DNA of 64,000 nucleotides, taken from the NCBI GenBank assembly GCA_002633005.1, contig NMRA01000643.1, positions 1 through 64,000 of the forward strand, in the 5' to 3' direction. Of this stretch, positions 51,230-64,000 are shown piece after piece. The position numbers and the translations under genes were made by a program. This DNA comes from Phoronis australis. Its lineage: Eukaryota; Animalia; Phoronida. The first letter of the stretch is position 1. Each line of letters opens with the position of its first letter. The notes beneath the pieces were generated by a model. That model searched no databases. It was given only the letters and a program-made list of their open reading frames with translations, and was not told where the DNA came from.

Positions 51230-52050
51230 TTTAGGTCACAACGGCACACAGAGATCGGTGCTATGTAGGAATTTTGTTATAAAAGGCCCATTTGTCAGAG
51301 AACATACCAACACAAAATGTGTGTTGAACTTGTGCATCATAAAGAACATCTTTTGTCAGTGGGGACACAAACACAGAAAAAGATTATTGTACTGTGTTGC
51401 AAATGTGCCATAAAGGTCATATTTTGTTAGATGGCCGACTAACACAAACAAAAGGATTATTATGTAGAGCTTGAAATGTATAACAAAGACCAAGTCTTGC
51501 CACAGGGCAGACCAGCACAAAGAATAAGATTATTATTCAGTGCTAGAATTTCGCCATATAACACGTTTTGACAGTGAGCACACAAGCCCAGACAAAAAAT
51601 ATTATTCAGTGCTGGAAATGTATAAAGGACATGTTTTATCAGAGGGCAGACTAGCACAAATTATTATGCAGAACTTGAAATGCGTATTATAAAGAACATG
51701 TTTTGCCAGAGGGCAGACTAGCACAAATTATTATGCAGAACTTGAAATGTATATTATAAAGAACATGTTTTGCCAGAAGGCAGACTAGCACAAATTATTA
51801 TGCAGAATTTGAAATGCGTATTATAAAGAACATGTTTTGCCAGAGGGCAGACTAGCACAAATTATTATGCAGAACTTGAAATGTATATTATAAAGGACAT
51901 GTGTTGTCAGAGGGCAGACTAGCACAAACAAAAAGATTATAATTCAGTGCTAGAAATGTGTCAGTGAGCACACAAGCCCAGACAAAAAATATTATTCAGT
52001 GCTGGAAATCTACAATAAAGGACATATTTTGTCAGAGGGTAGACAAACAC
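51230..52050. repeat. 67-bp minisatellite (4 near-perfect units plus degenerate flanking units)
   Basis: AGAGGGCAGACTAGCACAAA recurs at 51641, 51708, 51775, 51842 and 51909. Confidence 0.9.
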
Positions 52051-52410
52051 AGGGTGGATTAGTGCACAACAGTTAGAAACATCAAAGCCACGAAGGTTAA
52101 GGTAGCAAACACCAACACAATACCAAAGCAGAAAACAATGCAGCTAGTCCTAGTTGAAAAACTAAAAGCAAACATCAACCGAACAGTTTGTCCACACTTC
52201 TTCTTGAATAAATCAGTTGTTCAGGAGCTCTGATGTTTGTCAAATTTCTATCTTCCACAACAGCAAAGGATCTTCTATCCCGCAAAATACAAACACCAAA
52301 ATTCCTTCCCAATTTTTGAACAAATAGCAAGAGCAAGCAGTCACGTGAAAGGTTTAGCACCGGCAGTCAACCAACAAGTGCAAATACCAACCGCAGAGCT
52401 TTAGAAACAT

Positions 52411-52551
52411 TTAGACTTCTTGATCCTGGTCTGAATCAAGCTCCTCGTAATGAGCCAATTTCACTTCTAAGTCTTTGATCCTCTTCTCATGGCCCTTGAC
52501 GATGATTTTCAACTTCCGTAAATCACCAAGGATGGTTTCCAGTTGTTCTTG
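52411..52551 (-). CDS. coro: Coronin alternative terminal exon A (proximal coiled coil)
   Basis: Acceptor CTTTACTAG|, phase 0: QEQLETILGDLRKLKIIVKGHEKRIKDLEVKLAHYEELDSDQDQEV*. Typical coronin RKLK...HEKRI..LE coiled coil. Confidence 0.85.
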   Translation of the reverse strand, partial: QEQLETILGDLRKLKIIVKGHEKRIKDLEVKLAHYEELDSDQDQEV

Positions 52552-54667
52552 CTAGTAAAGACAATGTTACAGTCAACTTATGGTGGAAAATCTTCAATCT
52601 GGGACATGGGCGAGTCCCAAGGTTGGCCATTTTCTTGCATTTCAAAGACTACTTGACAGACAAACAAGCTCACATTTTCACCAAACGTTGATTAGGGAAA
52701 GCAACGTGGTACAAACTTATGCGAACAATGAAATGATTGTCTTAATGTTGACTTCTGTTGAGAAAGTTATCAAAATGATATTCAACTTTTCTTCCATATC
52801 GATTCAGACAGAAGTTTAGACCCATGCAGTGCCACCTATGTAATCCATGGCAATGAATCATGTTTTAGGGTAGAACTCACTGTTTTGTTTTGTGTTGTTT
52901 TGGAAAATATAAGTCAAATTTCATGAAGATGCACCGAGCAGTGTGGTAGATATTGAGGCACAGGTAAAAACACCCTTGCCACCAGGATGCATCACAGTAC
53001 TTGGAACACTCCAAAAACCTACCCCAATCCCAATCAGGTACACAGGAACACATCAGAAAAATTTCATGGTCTAATGATCCTTCAAGCACTCTGGTGGATG
53101 CGAAAAATATATGCAAAAACAATGAAATGGCCAAAACTTGAACATGGAAACTGTCGCTGTTTTAATGGGAAAATAGCTAAATTTCTGAGAAATCCATCAA
53201 GCAACTTGGTCGATATAGACGCATGCGCAAAAAGCTAAATTGCAATTAGGGGAAACTACAGAAATACGATCCATGATCCACCCAAAAACCAATGCCAGCC
53301 ACGGTCATTTCTATTTTACAAAAGAGCCCGTCTTAAAATGGGAAGCTATGTTGTCTCCATAATAGAAACCCATTTGTCAAATTTCATTAAAACATCATCT
53401 GCAAAGAGTCTGACAAACAGAGAGGCTCATGTGAAAAACTAAAATTGCCACTACGGGGCAAAGTGGTAGTCGAATACATCCAGAAACTTCCTTATACCAG
53501 CACAGCCACAATGTAAAAATATCATTAGTGATTGACCTTGCACTAACATTTCGTGGATAAGACATTAGAATTTATATGTATTGCGATAAAACATAGAAAG
53601 TAACTATAACGAATATTAATACGAAATATTTTACTAATATGTAAATGAGCGAAGTAAATTCATTGACTTCAAACGCATTCCAAAATAATATGAGATTTTC
53701 ACAAAGTCGCAAAAATTTTTTTTCGCTCAATTCAATTGAAAGTGGGTGCAATAGATAGCTTTTTGTTGTGATGTCATTTCAATAATTATTTACTTTCAAT
53801 TGGCAGAATGAGTTTTAATTAGCTGTAATCAACATTTGAGAACTCACGTTCCACGTGACAAAGGGCATTTCTCACATGGAACATTGCATTGTCACATGTG
53901 ACAATTGAATGTTCCATGTGAGATTTTTTCATTTCATTTCCATTTCAGATTTTTTGCCATGTTACAATAGAAATGGTACATGGCACAAACACTACATTTG
54001 TGACATAGGTTTCTCATAGCAAAATGATATAATGAATTTTAGGAGAAATTTTTGCATTTCGTCAATAAAAATGATTGTTTTACAAAACACTGAGCCTTGG
54101 TTTATGGTAAATGGTAGACCTGATAAGCTTCTCAAAAAAGTTTGGAAATCTATGTTCTGCTGCCAATAATTTTCTTATTATGCAACTATTCATATAGCGT
54201 TAAATATCATTGGAAAGTGCATTCAATGTTCTTCTCAACCATAGATCACTTGTCATCACAAGTGGTTTTTACGTTTAGTTAATCTTTAGTTAAATAAGGC
54301 TACGTGCGAAAGTTGCTAAATCGCGTTTTGATTATGAAAGGCTTCTAAAATTTGTAATGTCCAGCTTTCAATATTTTTGTAACTTGTCACTTAATTATAC
54401 AATGTTGCATATCAATAGAAATGTTATTTATTCTTCTTTCTATCATTTTTGCTCTGAATCTTGTTACAGTTTAACAAGCTGTTAAACAAGGCCAGTAGAG
54501 AAAGTAACGGCAAATTTGGACATTGTAAATATTCAAAAATCGATGTTAGAGATAGTAAACAGTTTATTTGCGGTTAATGTGTTTGCATTGTGTTGGATAC
54601 CAATACAAAGCTTATTCAACCTCCTTTTCAACAATGCAAGACGTCATGCTGTGTGTTTGTTACCAGT

Positions 54668-54750
54668 TACCGTATTCGCCCCAATAAGCGCCCTCGGCGC
54701 TTAAACAAATTCGTTTCAGGAGGGGTGGGTGCTTAAGTGAACAGATTGCG
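54668..54750 (+). mobile_element. pogo/Tc1-mariner-type MITE fragment
   Basis: TA|CCGTATTCGCCCCAATAAGCGCCC...GGGTGCTTA, a typical terminus and inner palindrome; the right end is degenerate. Confidence 0.45.
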
Positions 54751-57444
54751 CTAACAGCAAACAGAATTTATTTGAATTCATTCTGAAACATGTAATCCAG
54801 ATAAATTCTGGACAGCAACACTATGGCTTTGCCTCTTACAGATCAAATGAAGAATGGAGAGGTCAACCCTGCAGAAGATATGAAATACAACCAATACTTG
54901 ACATCGGTAGACAGCCAGAATATCACTACCTGCATTATGCTCATTGCGCTCAAGCCAATATTAGACATTAGTAGAGTGCCAGAATATCACTACCTGCCTT
55001 ATGCTCAAGCAAAAAACGTAGTTGATCATGTTCTTGCACAAGAGAACAGACCACGCTGGATAAAGGTTCCAGATTTCTACCTCCACTCTACAAACATAAA
55101 GCATATGCACCAAAACTGTGATATCACAGAAGCAGTACCAGAAGAAGTGAAGCTGCTCATTGGTGTATCACCAGTGAGTCTAAAGTACATTAATATTGTG
55201 AACTTGAAAATAAAGAATGTTGCAAAGCCCAAGACAGAAGAATCCTTGAGATCATTTTCAAACTCACCACTGTACCAGTTGACTGTTTCACAGCTTTCAC
55301 ACATTTAAACTAATACATACAATATAAAGCTCACGCAAGACCAAGTAATAAAAGGGACACCTGCTTTTGCTGCTCAGCAAAAAACTCGAAGAACCAGGAA
55401 TAACCCACGAACAGTGCAATTCTTAGTTCAGTCAATCTTAGGAAAGCTCACTTTCTTCTTAGTTTCTGCTATTGGCAAGATCCGTCTCGGTGTATAGAGG
55501 TCATTTAAGCACTGTTGAATTCAATGTTGGCACATATAAACTGGGAAACTGAAAAATGAGGTGTTTTGCTGAATCTGAGCATACAGTTAATATCCTGCCT
55601 CAAATGCTTTCACTTTTTTGCACAAAGATTGTGCACAAACAAATCACTTTGCACCCTCCGTTCAGATTTCCTGTGTGAATATGGCCAATTGATGCTGAAA
55701 ATTGCAAAGGTAAGCCTAATGCACATACAAAGATAAAGGAAACCTCAATCTTATGATGGTGAGTACAAGCCGGGCTGTGGGTGTTCAAAAGTAAAAAAAT
55801 TGAAATCTGAGCAGAAAGTGGTATACCAGACGAGCACAGCAATTGTATTCTTGCAGGTATCTCTTTCTATGTAGCTTATCACGTCTCTAGAAAACGTCTC
55901 ATCATGTGAACTTGGTAATCGAAGGAACGCTTTCTCATCCAAAGTATTCTGTCAATTGTCAGTATGCATGTTGACTCAGCATCTTTGTATATAAACTATA
56001 CAGTAATTAGTCTAGAGTTATGATTAGTTTAATATTTTGTTACTGGGATTTTCTCAAACTATCCCCCCATAGGAGATAACTATATTTGGAAAATTAAGAT
56101 TTTCTACAATTTACTGGGTTTTCCAAAATAGAACATCGACAACGATGAACAAGATTTTATGAGTCACAGGGCATTTAAGCAACAACAGTGAGTTATTTAA
56201 GTTGCCAGTTGGTTTAGATGCGCCGCATGTGTCAGACAGATTTGACTACAAAAACATTCTTGGTGATGGTGAAAGGTTAGAAAAATGCAATTTTCCGAAT
56301 ATACCCCCAGCCCTTCTGGGAAAGTCCTAGTGTTAGTTTATATGACAACTGTTATGCAGTCTTTAATACATTATAAGACTCATTATCATCATTTTTGTTA
56401 GTTCCTTTAGGAATCATTAGCTTCTAAAACTGTAATGGGAACGCCCACGGGCGGCTCTAGTTCTTGAACCAGGTAAGGATTTCAGTATGATCAGCGAACT
56501 TCTGAGTGCAGTGATGAAAACAGTTGCTGTGTATAGTATGCAGCACAATTAAGCAAAACAAAAATTGCTCATAAGTTTACTCACAAACAAATCTTGAGTT
56601 TGTGTATTGGACATTGTCAGTCTTTGTTCTGAGATGGAAATGCAGGGAGTGTGCCTGTGTTTAATGATTGATGCGTCTTGATAGACAATTAAGCCCCAGT
56701 CTTCTTGCAAGGAAAACTATCACTTGGAATTTGGAGGAAACTGAGAATGAATTTGGAGATATAACCAAAAGTTTACGGGACAACACCTAAGTGGGTTTAT
56801 GCATTCACAACTGCCAGCACCGCCTCAGTTGAACTTGATAAAGCCAAAATGTCACGTCTGTATAATGCTAAAAAAGTGACTGAATTCCTGAAACGAGGAG
56901 GTGTCCCGCTATTTATATAGGCTGTCACATGAAAAACCGGACCAATGACAAATAACCAAGTGAAAGTTCTTGGAATTAAAGGACCGTGACCAAATAAGGT
57001 ATGACCAAAATAGAGTAATACACTAGCTCTGACGATGACGAACAGGTGTCATGCTAATATAGATGCAGATGACATTTCTGCTACAAAAACTTAGAAATGT
57101 GTTAAACTTGGTTAATGTCATGACTGCTGACAATGCTCATAAAAGGCTAACAAAAATTACAGGTGGTTGCATTTCAAACAAAAAAAAAATTACAAATGGT
57201 GGGCTGAAGAAATAAAAGAAAAATATGGGTGGTGGGTGCAGAAACAAGTGCCTTCCCTCCTCCCATACAGACTTTACTGGAACAGCCCTCAATAAAATTG
57301 AGGTTGCAAGGACATTTAAAAAGTATGAAACTAACATTATTCCAATTCTTCAAGCAAATTTTTCAGATAAAAGATGAAGATGAAATATTTACTGCCTGCG
57401 GATAGCTCATTACATAGATTGTAGTCTACCATATTTTCAAGCCC

Positions 57445-57635
57445 TTAGGCCCATGGGCCTACATCCGAAATAAGGCTTTTTGTAGCTTTTTTACTAAAGT
57501 GGGTCACATACTGGCGCATGCACCTAAGTTTCACAAACAAGCCCAGGTAAGATTCTCTGCATAGGCCCATACATTAATTCGCACATAAGTGCAGCAATTT
57601 TGACTACCACTGTGCCTCCTAATGGCAATTTTTAC
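57445..57635 (-). repeat. Copy of the 14175-14590 repeat
   Basis: TTAGGCCCATG.GCCTACATCCGAAATAA...TTTTGACTACC.CTGTGCCTC.TAATGGCAATT is shared with 14177-14365. Confidence 0.8.
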
Positions 57636-57689
57636 ATTAATTTTGCCACTTTATCATAGGAGTTCCATGACGTATTTTCAAGATTACTG

Positions 57690-58075
57690 CTATCCAGGTC
57701 AGAAGATAGTGTTGTTTCCCTTGCCCACCTGACACCCATTCCCAGGTCATAAGATAGCGTTGCAACCCCCCGCCCCTCCACCCAAAACCCATTCCCGAGT
57801 CAGAGGATAGCATAGCTCCCCCCTCCCATCTAACACCAATGCCCGGGTCAGAAGATAACGTTGCCCCTCCACCCACCCAACACCCATTTCTGGGTCAGAA
57901 GATAACGTTGCCCCTCCCACCTACCCAACACCCATTCCCGAGTCAGAAGAGAGCATTGTTCCCCTCCCCACCTAACACCAATTCTTGGGTTAAAAGATAA
58001 CATTACCACCCCCACCCAACACCCATTCCTGAGTCAGAAGATAAGGTCACTCTCCCTCACTGACCTAACGCTCAT
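57690..58075. repeat. ~47-bp C-rich minisatellite, ~8 degenerate units
   Basis: ACACCCATTCCCG(A/G)GTCAGAAGATA.CGTTGCCCCTCCCACC recurs every 44-53 bp. Confidence 0.85.
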
Positions 58076-58779
58076 TCTCATCCTATGCTGGGGCTGTACA
58101 TTCAGAGCCTCCGTTAATGGTCTCGTTATGAACAAAAATGATAACATGAAAACAAAACACCGAAACTAGGCAACAACTTTACACTACTTCAAAAGCAGTC
58201 GAGCAGAGAACTGGAAATAAACAATGCAAACTCTCGCTGGCAGTCCAGCGAAATCTCAAAGTCGCAAGTGCTTTCACTAGAAGACATGGGTTCCGTGCAG
58301 CAGTTAGCATTCTAGCTCCTGTAATTGACCTATCACTAGGACTTTGAGTGACCGCTTAACTGACAAATCAGAACGCAGCATTCTTGATACACTTTCGTTT
58401 CCAAGCTGCCATTTTACCTGACAAGCAACACGGGAGGAGCTTGTGACAGATCAATTCTGTTGTTAAACTAAGTTAACAAGGGACTCTGCTTCCTGAAAGC
58501 GACTTAAGAATTAAGAATGAAGTTTGGTCTTACACTCCCACTTCCCAATTGGTGAAAAAAGGCCTAGACATTATTGTAGGCACATCACAGTCTAGAAATA
58601 ATTTCCGAAACTCATCTCAGTAATTGGCACTTGCGTGTATGTGTTCTTAGACACTTTGGACGTTTGTTCACAAATAATTGTGTGGAGCACAACACCAAAC
58701 GTATGACTTAAGTCCCTTCTCCTGAAACAGCCTCCATGTTAACAAACTGGGAGACTGGTTTCTCCACAACCAAACTTAC

Positions 58780-59079
58780 AGAAATGATAGGCTCCCCAGT
58801 TGCGACTGACTGTTCGTTCTGCTTTGGCTTAGAATCACCACTAGGAAGTGACGGCTTCTCAACCACAGGTGTCGGCTTCTCAACGACCGCAGCCGGCTTC
58901 TCAACCACAGGAGTCGACTTCTCTACTACCTTGGTCTTAGCAGGCGTGGAAGCGTCAGCCTCGGCTGGCTTTGCTTTCTGGGCAGGCTTTTTACCAAGGC
59001 CACCTTTCAGTCCACCGCCCTTTTTCAAGCCTCCGGAAACAGGCTTACCAGTTTCCTTGAAGAACTGATGCATGGACAT
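58780..59079 (-). CDS. coro: Coronin exon: low-complexity unique/linker region
   Basis: Acceptor TTTACAG|ATG, phase 0, in frame with the upstream exon: MSMHQFFKETGKPVSGGLKKGGGLKGGLGKKP...VVEKP repeats...EPIIS|GTAAGT (300 nt, phase 0). The frame stays open to a stop at 58708. Confidence 0.75.
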
Positions 59080-59334
59080 CTGTAAACCAAGTTAATAATA
59101 ATTTTCACAGTAAAACAGAATTTAAAGATCTCGTTAGAATTCCAATATTCCTCAAATGCACGAACAAGTAACTGTCTTCGTTGGTGTCAACTAGTTCAGT
59201 GAACTTGTTTGTTTTGTGCTATCAAACCACCAGGTGACAAGTTCGATATAAAAACAATGATTAGTTGTCCAATATCTAGTACAAAATTTGTTAATTTTGG
59301 AAAGAAACTTGGGATTTGTAAAATAAATTAAATC

Positions 59335-60490
59335 AACTAGGTTCTCTTGATATCATCCGAAAACACTTTCCCCCTAACAACACTTGAAAAACGCCTTAAT
59401 CACAACAAAATGGCCACTAAGAGGTGCTGTAACGGTCAAATCTGCCCGTGCATTGACATCATATAACCCTCCGTCAAATCATACACTCAGTTCACTACAA
59501 ATGCTGCTGGCACAATCTCATAGTCTGTGTTAAGTTTCAATGAAATCCGTCATTCGGTTCCTTTTTTCATGCGGAAATGCACTTTCCTCAAACAGCACTA
59601 CAAAAGCCTGTCGAAAACAAAGTGGCCACTAGGAGGTGCTACAGTAGTTGACTCTGCCCCAACGTTTAGTGGTGCTGCCGCATTGACATCATATACCTCT
59701 GTGTCAACTTTCATTGAAATCCTTCGATCAGTTCTCTACATATCGTCCAGAAATGCTTTCACACAAAATGACCAACAGGAGGCACTACAGTAATCGAATC
59801 CGACCGAAAATTTATTTCATAATATACCTCTGTGCCAAGTTTCAATCGGTTCTCTAGATATCATCTGGAAATGCTTTCCTCCCACACAATACTTGCAAAG
59901 CCCCTGTTGATAACAATGGCCAATCGAAGGTGCTACGGTAGCCACATTTGCCCAAAAATTTAATGGTGAGGTCACATTGTCATCACAAACCTCTGTGACA
60001 ACTTTCATTGAAATCCTTCACTCAGTTTGCTACATATCATCCGGAAACACTCTCTCACCAAATCTTTCAGTGTCAAGTTTCAATGAAATTCACCAATCGG
60101 TTCTCTAGATATCATTCAGAAACACTCCTATCTCCAAAACAGCACTTGAAAACTCCCTCATCAAGAACAAAATAGCAACTAGGAAGTGTTGCAGTGGTCA
60201 AATCAAGGCGGCAAATTGATATCACACAACTTTGTGTCATGTTTCATTGAAATCCATCAATCTGTTCTCTAGACATCACCCGGAAACACTTTCATGGAAA
60301 AGCCAAGTCCTCCTAACTATAGGGGGCAGGGCACATTGAAAAGTGGCACGAACCACTCTGGTACCAAATTTCATATATGTGACCGTGGATTTTTGAGATA
60401 TTGCACCAACACCTGGACAATCTAACAACCAGACGCCTGGACAAAGTGATGACAACAAGCTACCACATACATTTATGAGGGCACATAAAA
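59335..60490 (+). mobile_element. Non-autonomous Helentron/HINE-like element with internal degenerate tandem repeats
   Basis: Starts AACTAG and has repeated AA(G/C)TTTCA(A/T)TGAAATCC...TTCTCTAGATATC and AAATGGCCACTA.GAGGTGC blocks. Ends GGACA...GAGGGCACATAAAAA, like the block ending at ~17140. The superfamily assignment is an inference. Confidence 0.5.
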
Positions 60491-61093
60491 ATGTGTAAAT
60501 CTAGCTAACTTCGGGACATCGTATCTCAGAAATGGCCAACTGGACTCATGCCTTATGCAATGCTCTCCAAAACTGTTAAAAGTGTTTTAAATGGTTCTAC
60601 TTTTGAATGAGGAAGATTTTTTCAGACAAAATCAAAAGTTGCATAGAACGAAAAACAAAATATTTTAGAAATGGGTAACTACCTTTTTGAGATCTCATCT
60701 TGGACATTATATCAAATGAAATTCCATTAATGTCATTAACACTTCTGTTTTGCAATCAACGAACGTTTTTTTTTTTTTTGCTAAATTTCACTAAAAAGAC
60801 ATGGTCACAAGATCCAATTAATGGCAGTTTGATCAAAGTCAAAATCAAATTCTACAGTCTGATTTCAAAAGTAAATACTTTTACCCAATTAAAATCTATA
60901 GTTTTGCAAATATATGACTAGATTCACAGACTCGACAGTAAGCTCCTACATAACCATAATGAAACAGTTATTGGAGAGGACGTTGCCAGACACTAAGGAT
61001 CTAAAGCTTAAAATGAAATATCCTGGCAAACATAACATTAAGTCAAATACTTGGACCATTAGTAAAGCTATGGCGGCGTGTGTCTGTATTTAC

Positions 61094-61195
61094 CAAGTTT
61101 GGTTCAGAATCCTGGCCTTCGATCCACTGGTCAGCAGTGAGAGCCGGAACATTGCTGGATGTGTCAGGGTAGATATCACCCTGGTACAGATCCGA
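61094..61195 (-). CDS. coro: Coronin exon (conserved C-terminal extension)
   Basis: TTTATTTCAG|SDLYQGDIYPDTSSNVPALTADQWIEGQDSEPNL|GTAAAT; 102 nt, phase 0/0; coronin SDxFQxDLYPDT...A..W..G motif. Confidence 0.95.
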
Positions 61196-62300
61196 CTGAA
61201 ATAAAGAAAAGTCATGATTAGCAGTGGTGCTTCTTCAACCACGAAAATCATCCATCCCAGCACAACCAAACACTTCCAAACATGCAGTCGAGACTTTTTG
61301 TAGGATACATACTCTCTGTTCAATGCATTATGTTGCACATCAGCTTATTACAGCACAATGGTGCAAACTGTCATGATTTGCAATTGAAAGTCCAGTTTTG
61401 TGGTGGCATTCATTAGTTTCAAAACACTTAGGCCAGACCGAGCACTGTGAGGTCAACATTGGGTGGAATGTTCCTAAAACACAAGTCGTCAAAAAAAGCC
61501 ACCCTAAAGACTAGGACACCATCAATAAATGCCCTGTTCAATAACCTCGACTGCAACTAAAAATTTATCTAGAACATAATTCAATTCCGATCAAACAATT
61601 AATATTTGAGCACGACTGAAATTTTCACAATCCCAAAAGTAAGTCATGCCATGTGTTCCCCACAACCTGTAACGATTTTGGATTTTGCCGCAAGGAGTTA
61701 TAGCTTGCTTAAATGAATGACTAATCTACGTTGTCATTCTAACCTTAAAACTTAGCATTTAAACCTGGGTTTGTCATGAATGGTTTGGAGGACTTATGTG
61801 ATACACTAGTAGGAAAGCCACACTTAGAAATGTTAAAAGGTAGGTCACACCAGTTCAGTGTAGAGCTTTGAAACATATATAAATTCCTCCAGTGATGATG
61901 TTAGGGCTAGAGAAAAGACAATGTTGACTACTGATATTGAACCAATCAACAAATTTTTGTCGAGTTTGGATTTAGTATTGTGGAGATCAATGATATTTCA
62001 ACTGTGTATCTTGATTTCAATGTAGCTACAGAAATATCTGACCTGAATTTCCATGGCTCAACCGGAAATTTCAAACTTTCCAAAAATATTAGATGATATG
62101 AGAGATCACTGCCAACTCAGTCTCACGAATGTTTTCAGACTTGTAGTAAGTCACTTGACGTGACCATATGACTCGGATGTAATATCTACATACTTAATTC
62201 TTGTATAGTTGAAATTTCTGGTCAGTAATTTTCCGTTATGACTGGAGACATAATTAATTATTCTGGACACCACAGAAACACTGTCACCTAAACCCGACTA

Positions 62301-62681
<381 letters not shown>

Positions 62682-63392
62682 TCAAATTTGAATGAATTGT
62701 GCTTGCAGCATTGAATATTCCCATTGCAGGGAACACTGAACTCCCTTCAGTGCATCACATAATCACGTAAGCTAACTAGACATACTGAAGACTGAATCAA
62801 ACCAAGAAGCTCCAACACAAAACACGAACAAAAACAAAGGAGACATTGTTTGAGACTTCAAAAACCCTCAGCTGTGTTTAAACATCAGATTTGTTCAGGC
62901 TTTAGTCCCGTGCAGTGCCACCTTGTGTGTTTTAGGTACGAGCAGGTTTTCAGCATGGTAGCCTAGCATCTCTGATATCATTTGAAAAGGTATGGACTGA
63001 AGCGAGTTCAATGCCTAATTGTATGGCTCAATTTGTCACCTCAAACAGTTTGAGTTCCACCTCTTTGACATGCACTAATCAACACTGCATGGTGCTTTAG
63101 CATTTTGAACTAGGACAAATGATTGCAAATACAGTATTGCGTAATTATACAGTATTAACTGTTTGCTGCATGGATGATAGTGTTGCAAGTGTAGGGAACG
63201 TGCAACTTACTAAACGTTGTTCCTGCCATTTAGCAAAATAATGAACATTATAACACAAAAACCCAACGTGGAGTGCAAGCAGTGTGCACAGTTTGGTTCG
63301 GGCAGGGCCCATATTTGCAGAGAATCACAGCGTTTAACAGGGTTTAACCTGCATGAGTACAGTATTACAGCAAGGTATTAGTGAACTATTAC

Positions 63393-63494
63393 CCTTCCAC
63401 AGAGATATATCAGATTGTTGTCTGGGTCGTAGAACGGGAACATGACACCATTACTATTGTCTAAGTCCTGCATCATCAAGTTTTCTAAATCCTC
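63393..63494 (-). CDS. coro: Coronin exon (WD40 propeller); the gene continues beyond the window
   Basis: CTTTTTCAG|EDLENLMMQDLDNSNGVMFPFYDPDNNLIYLCGR|GTAATA; 102 nt, phase 0/0; joins to give the coronin G(K/R)GD..IRY signature. Confidence 0.97.
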
Positions 63495-64000
63495 CTGAAA
63501 AAGTAAAAGTCACTTTGTTAAGAGCATTGTTTCCGGTCTAGCAAGTAAGATTTGTCCTTTAATTAACACCACACGTCCTATGTCAACTGCTCGGGTCAGT
63601 TCTTACAACAAGCTCACTCTGTCTATTGTCATTCAATCTGCTTTTCGAATAATAACCAATTAAATTACTTTCAGAATGTGAGCACATGTGTGTGTGAGTG
63701 TATGCCGGCGTGCATATGTGAAACATAAATCTATAGATACACGTATATGTGTATGCATATGTAAATATATACGTATATAAGTCATACTCTAAGTTACAAT
63801 GGGCTTGGCAGCTACTGACATTTAACATGTCAAGCAAAAATTATCAGTTCATAGGAACCTTATAGAATGTTTAGAAACCAAATAAGCACTCAATTGTCAG
63901 AGTTAACAACATGGCTTCTCATGATTAACAATAAGGAAACAAATGCTTTTGCCTGTTGAACTGAAATAAAGAGTTTAGAAATACACAAAGTAAAAACAAT

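Noticed and set aside
54823-55308. 161-aa plus-strand ORF inside the coronin intron
   Set aside because: No recognisable domain; it includes a short internal DNA duplication (GCCAGAATATCACTACCTGC twice) and is antisense to coronin. Most likely a chance ORF.
58305-58420. Additional coronin terminal exon after the acceptor-like TTGCTTGTCAG
   Set aside because: The short frames show no heptad pattern or similarity to exons A/B; unsupported without transcripts.
58736-59068. 110-aa plus-strand ORF with GFSTT repeats
   Set aside because: It is the antisense shadow of the coronin VVEKP linker exon.

Overview
This is animal (very likely marine invertebrate) genomic DNA, rich in repeats and AT-rich, with spliceosomal introns; the species cannot be determined from the sequence. 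Host genes are two tandem, intronless rhodopsin-family GPCRs of the FMRFamide-receptor-like type (36025-37137 and 43000-44163, both minus) and the 3' part of a coronin gene (minus, exons from 63494 down to 48117). The coronin gene has two paralogous, in-phase terminal exons encoding different coiled coils. The first 35 kb is a transposon graveyard. It holds a TTAA-flanked Kolobok-type element (2098-6843) with a decayed THAP transposase facing a spliced P2X7-ballast/nanor-like gene, and an AT-flanked ISL2EU-type element (19742-22753) with THAP, SAP and YqaJ remnants. It also contains a SWIM exon from another such element, several MITE families with verifiable TSDs, LTR and SINE remnants, and satellite-like arrays. 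Two duplications centred on single Ns are probably assembly artefacts. All calls come from manual reading and translation; no searches were run.
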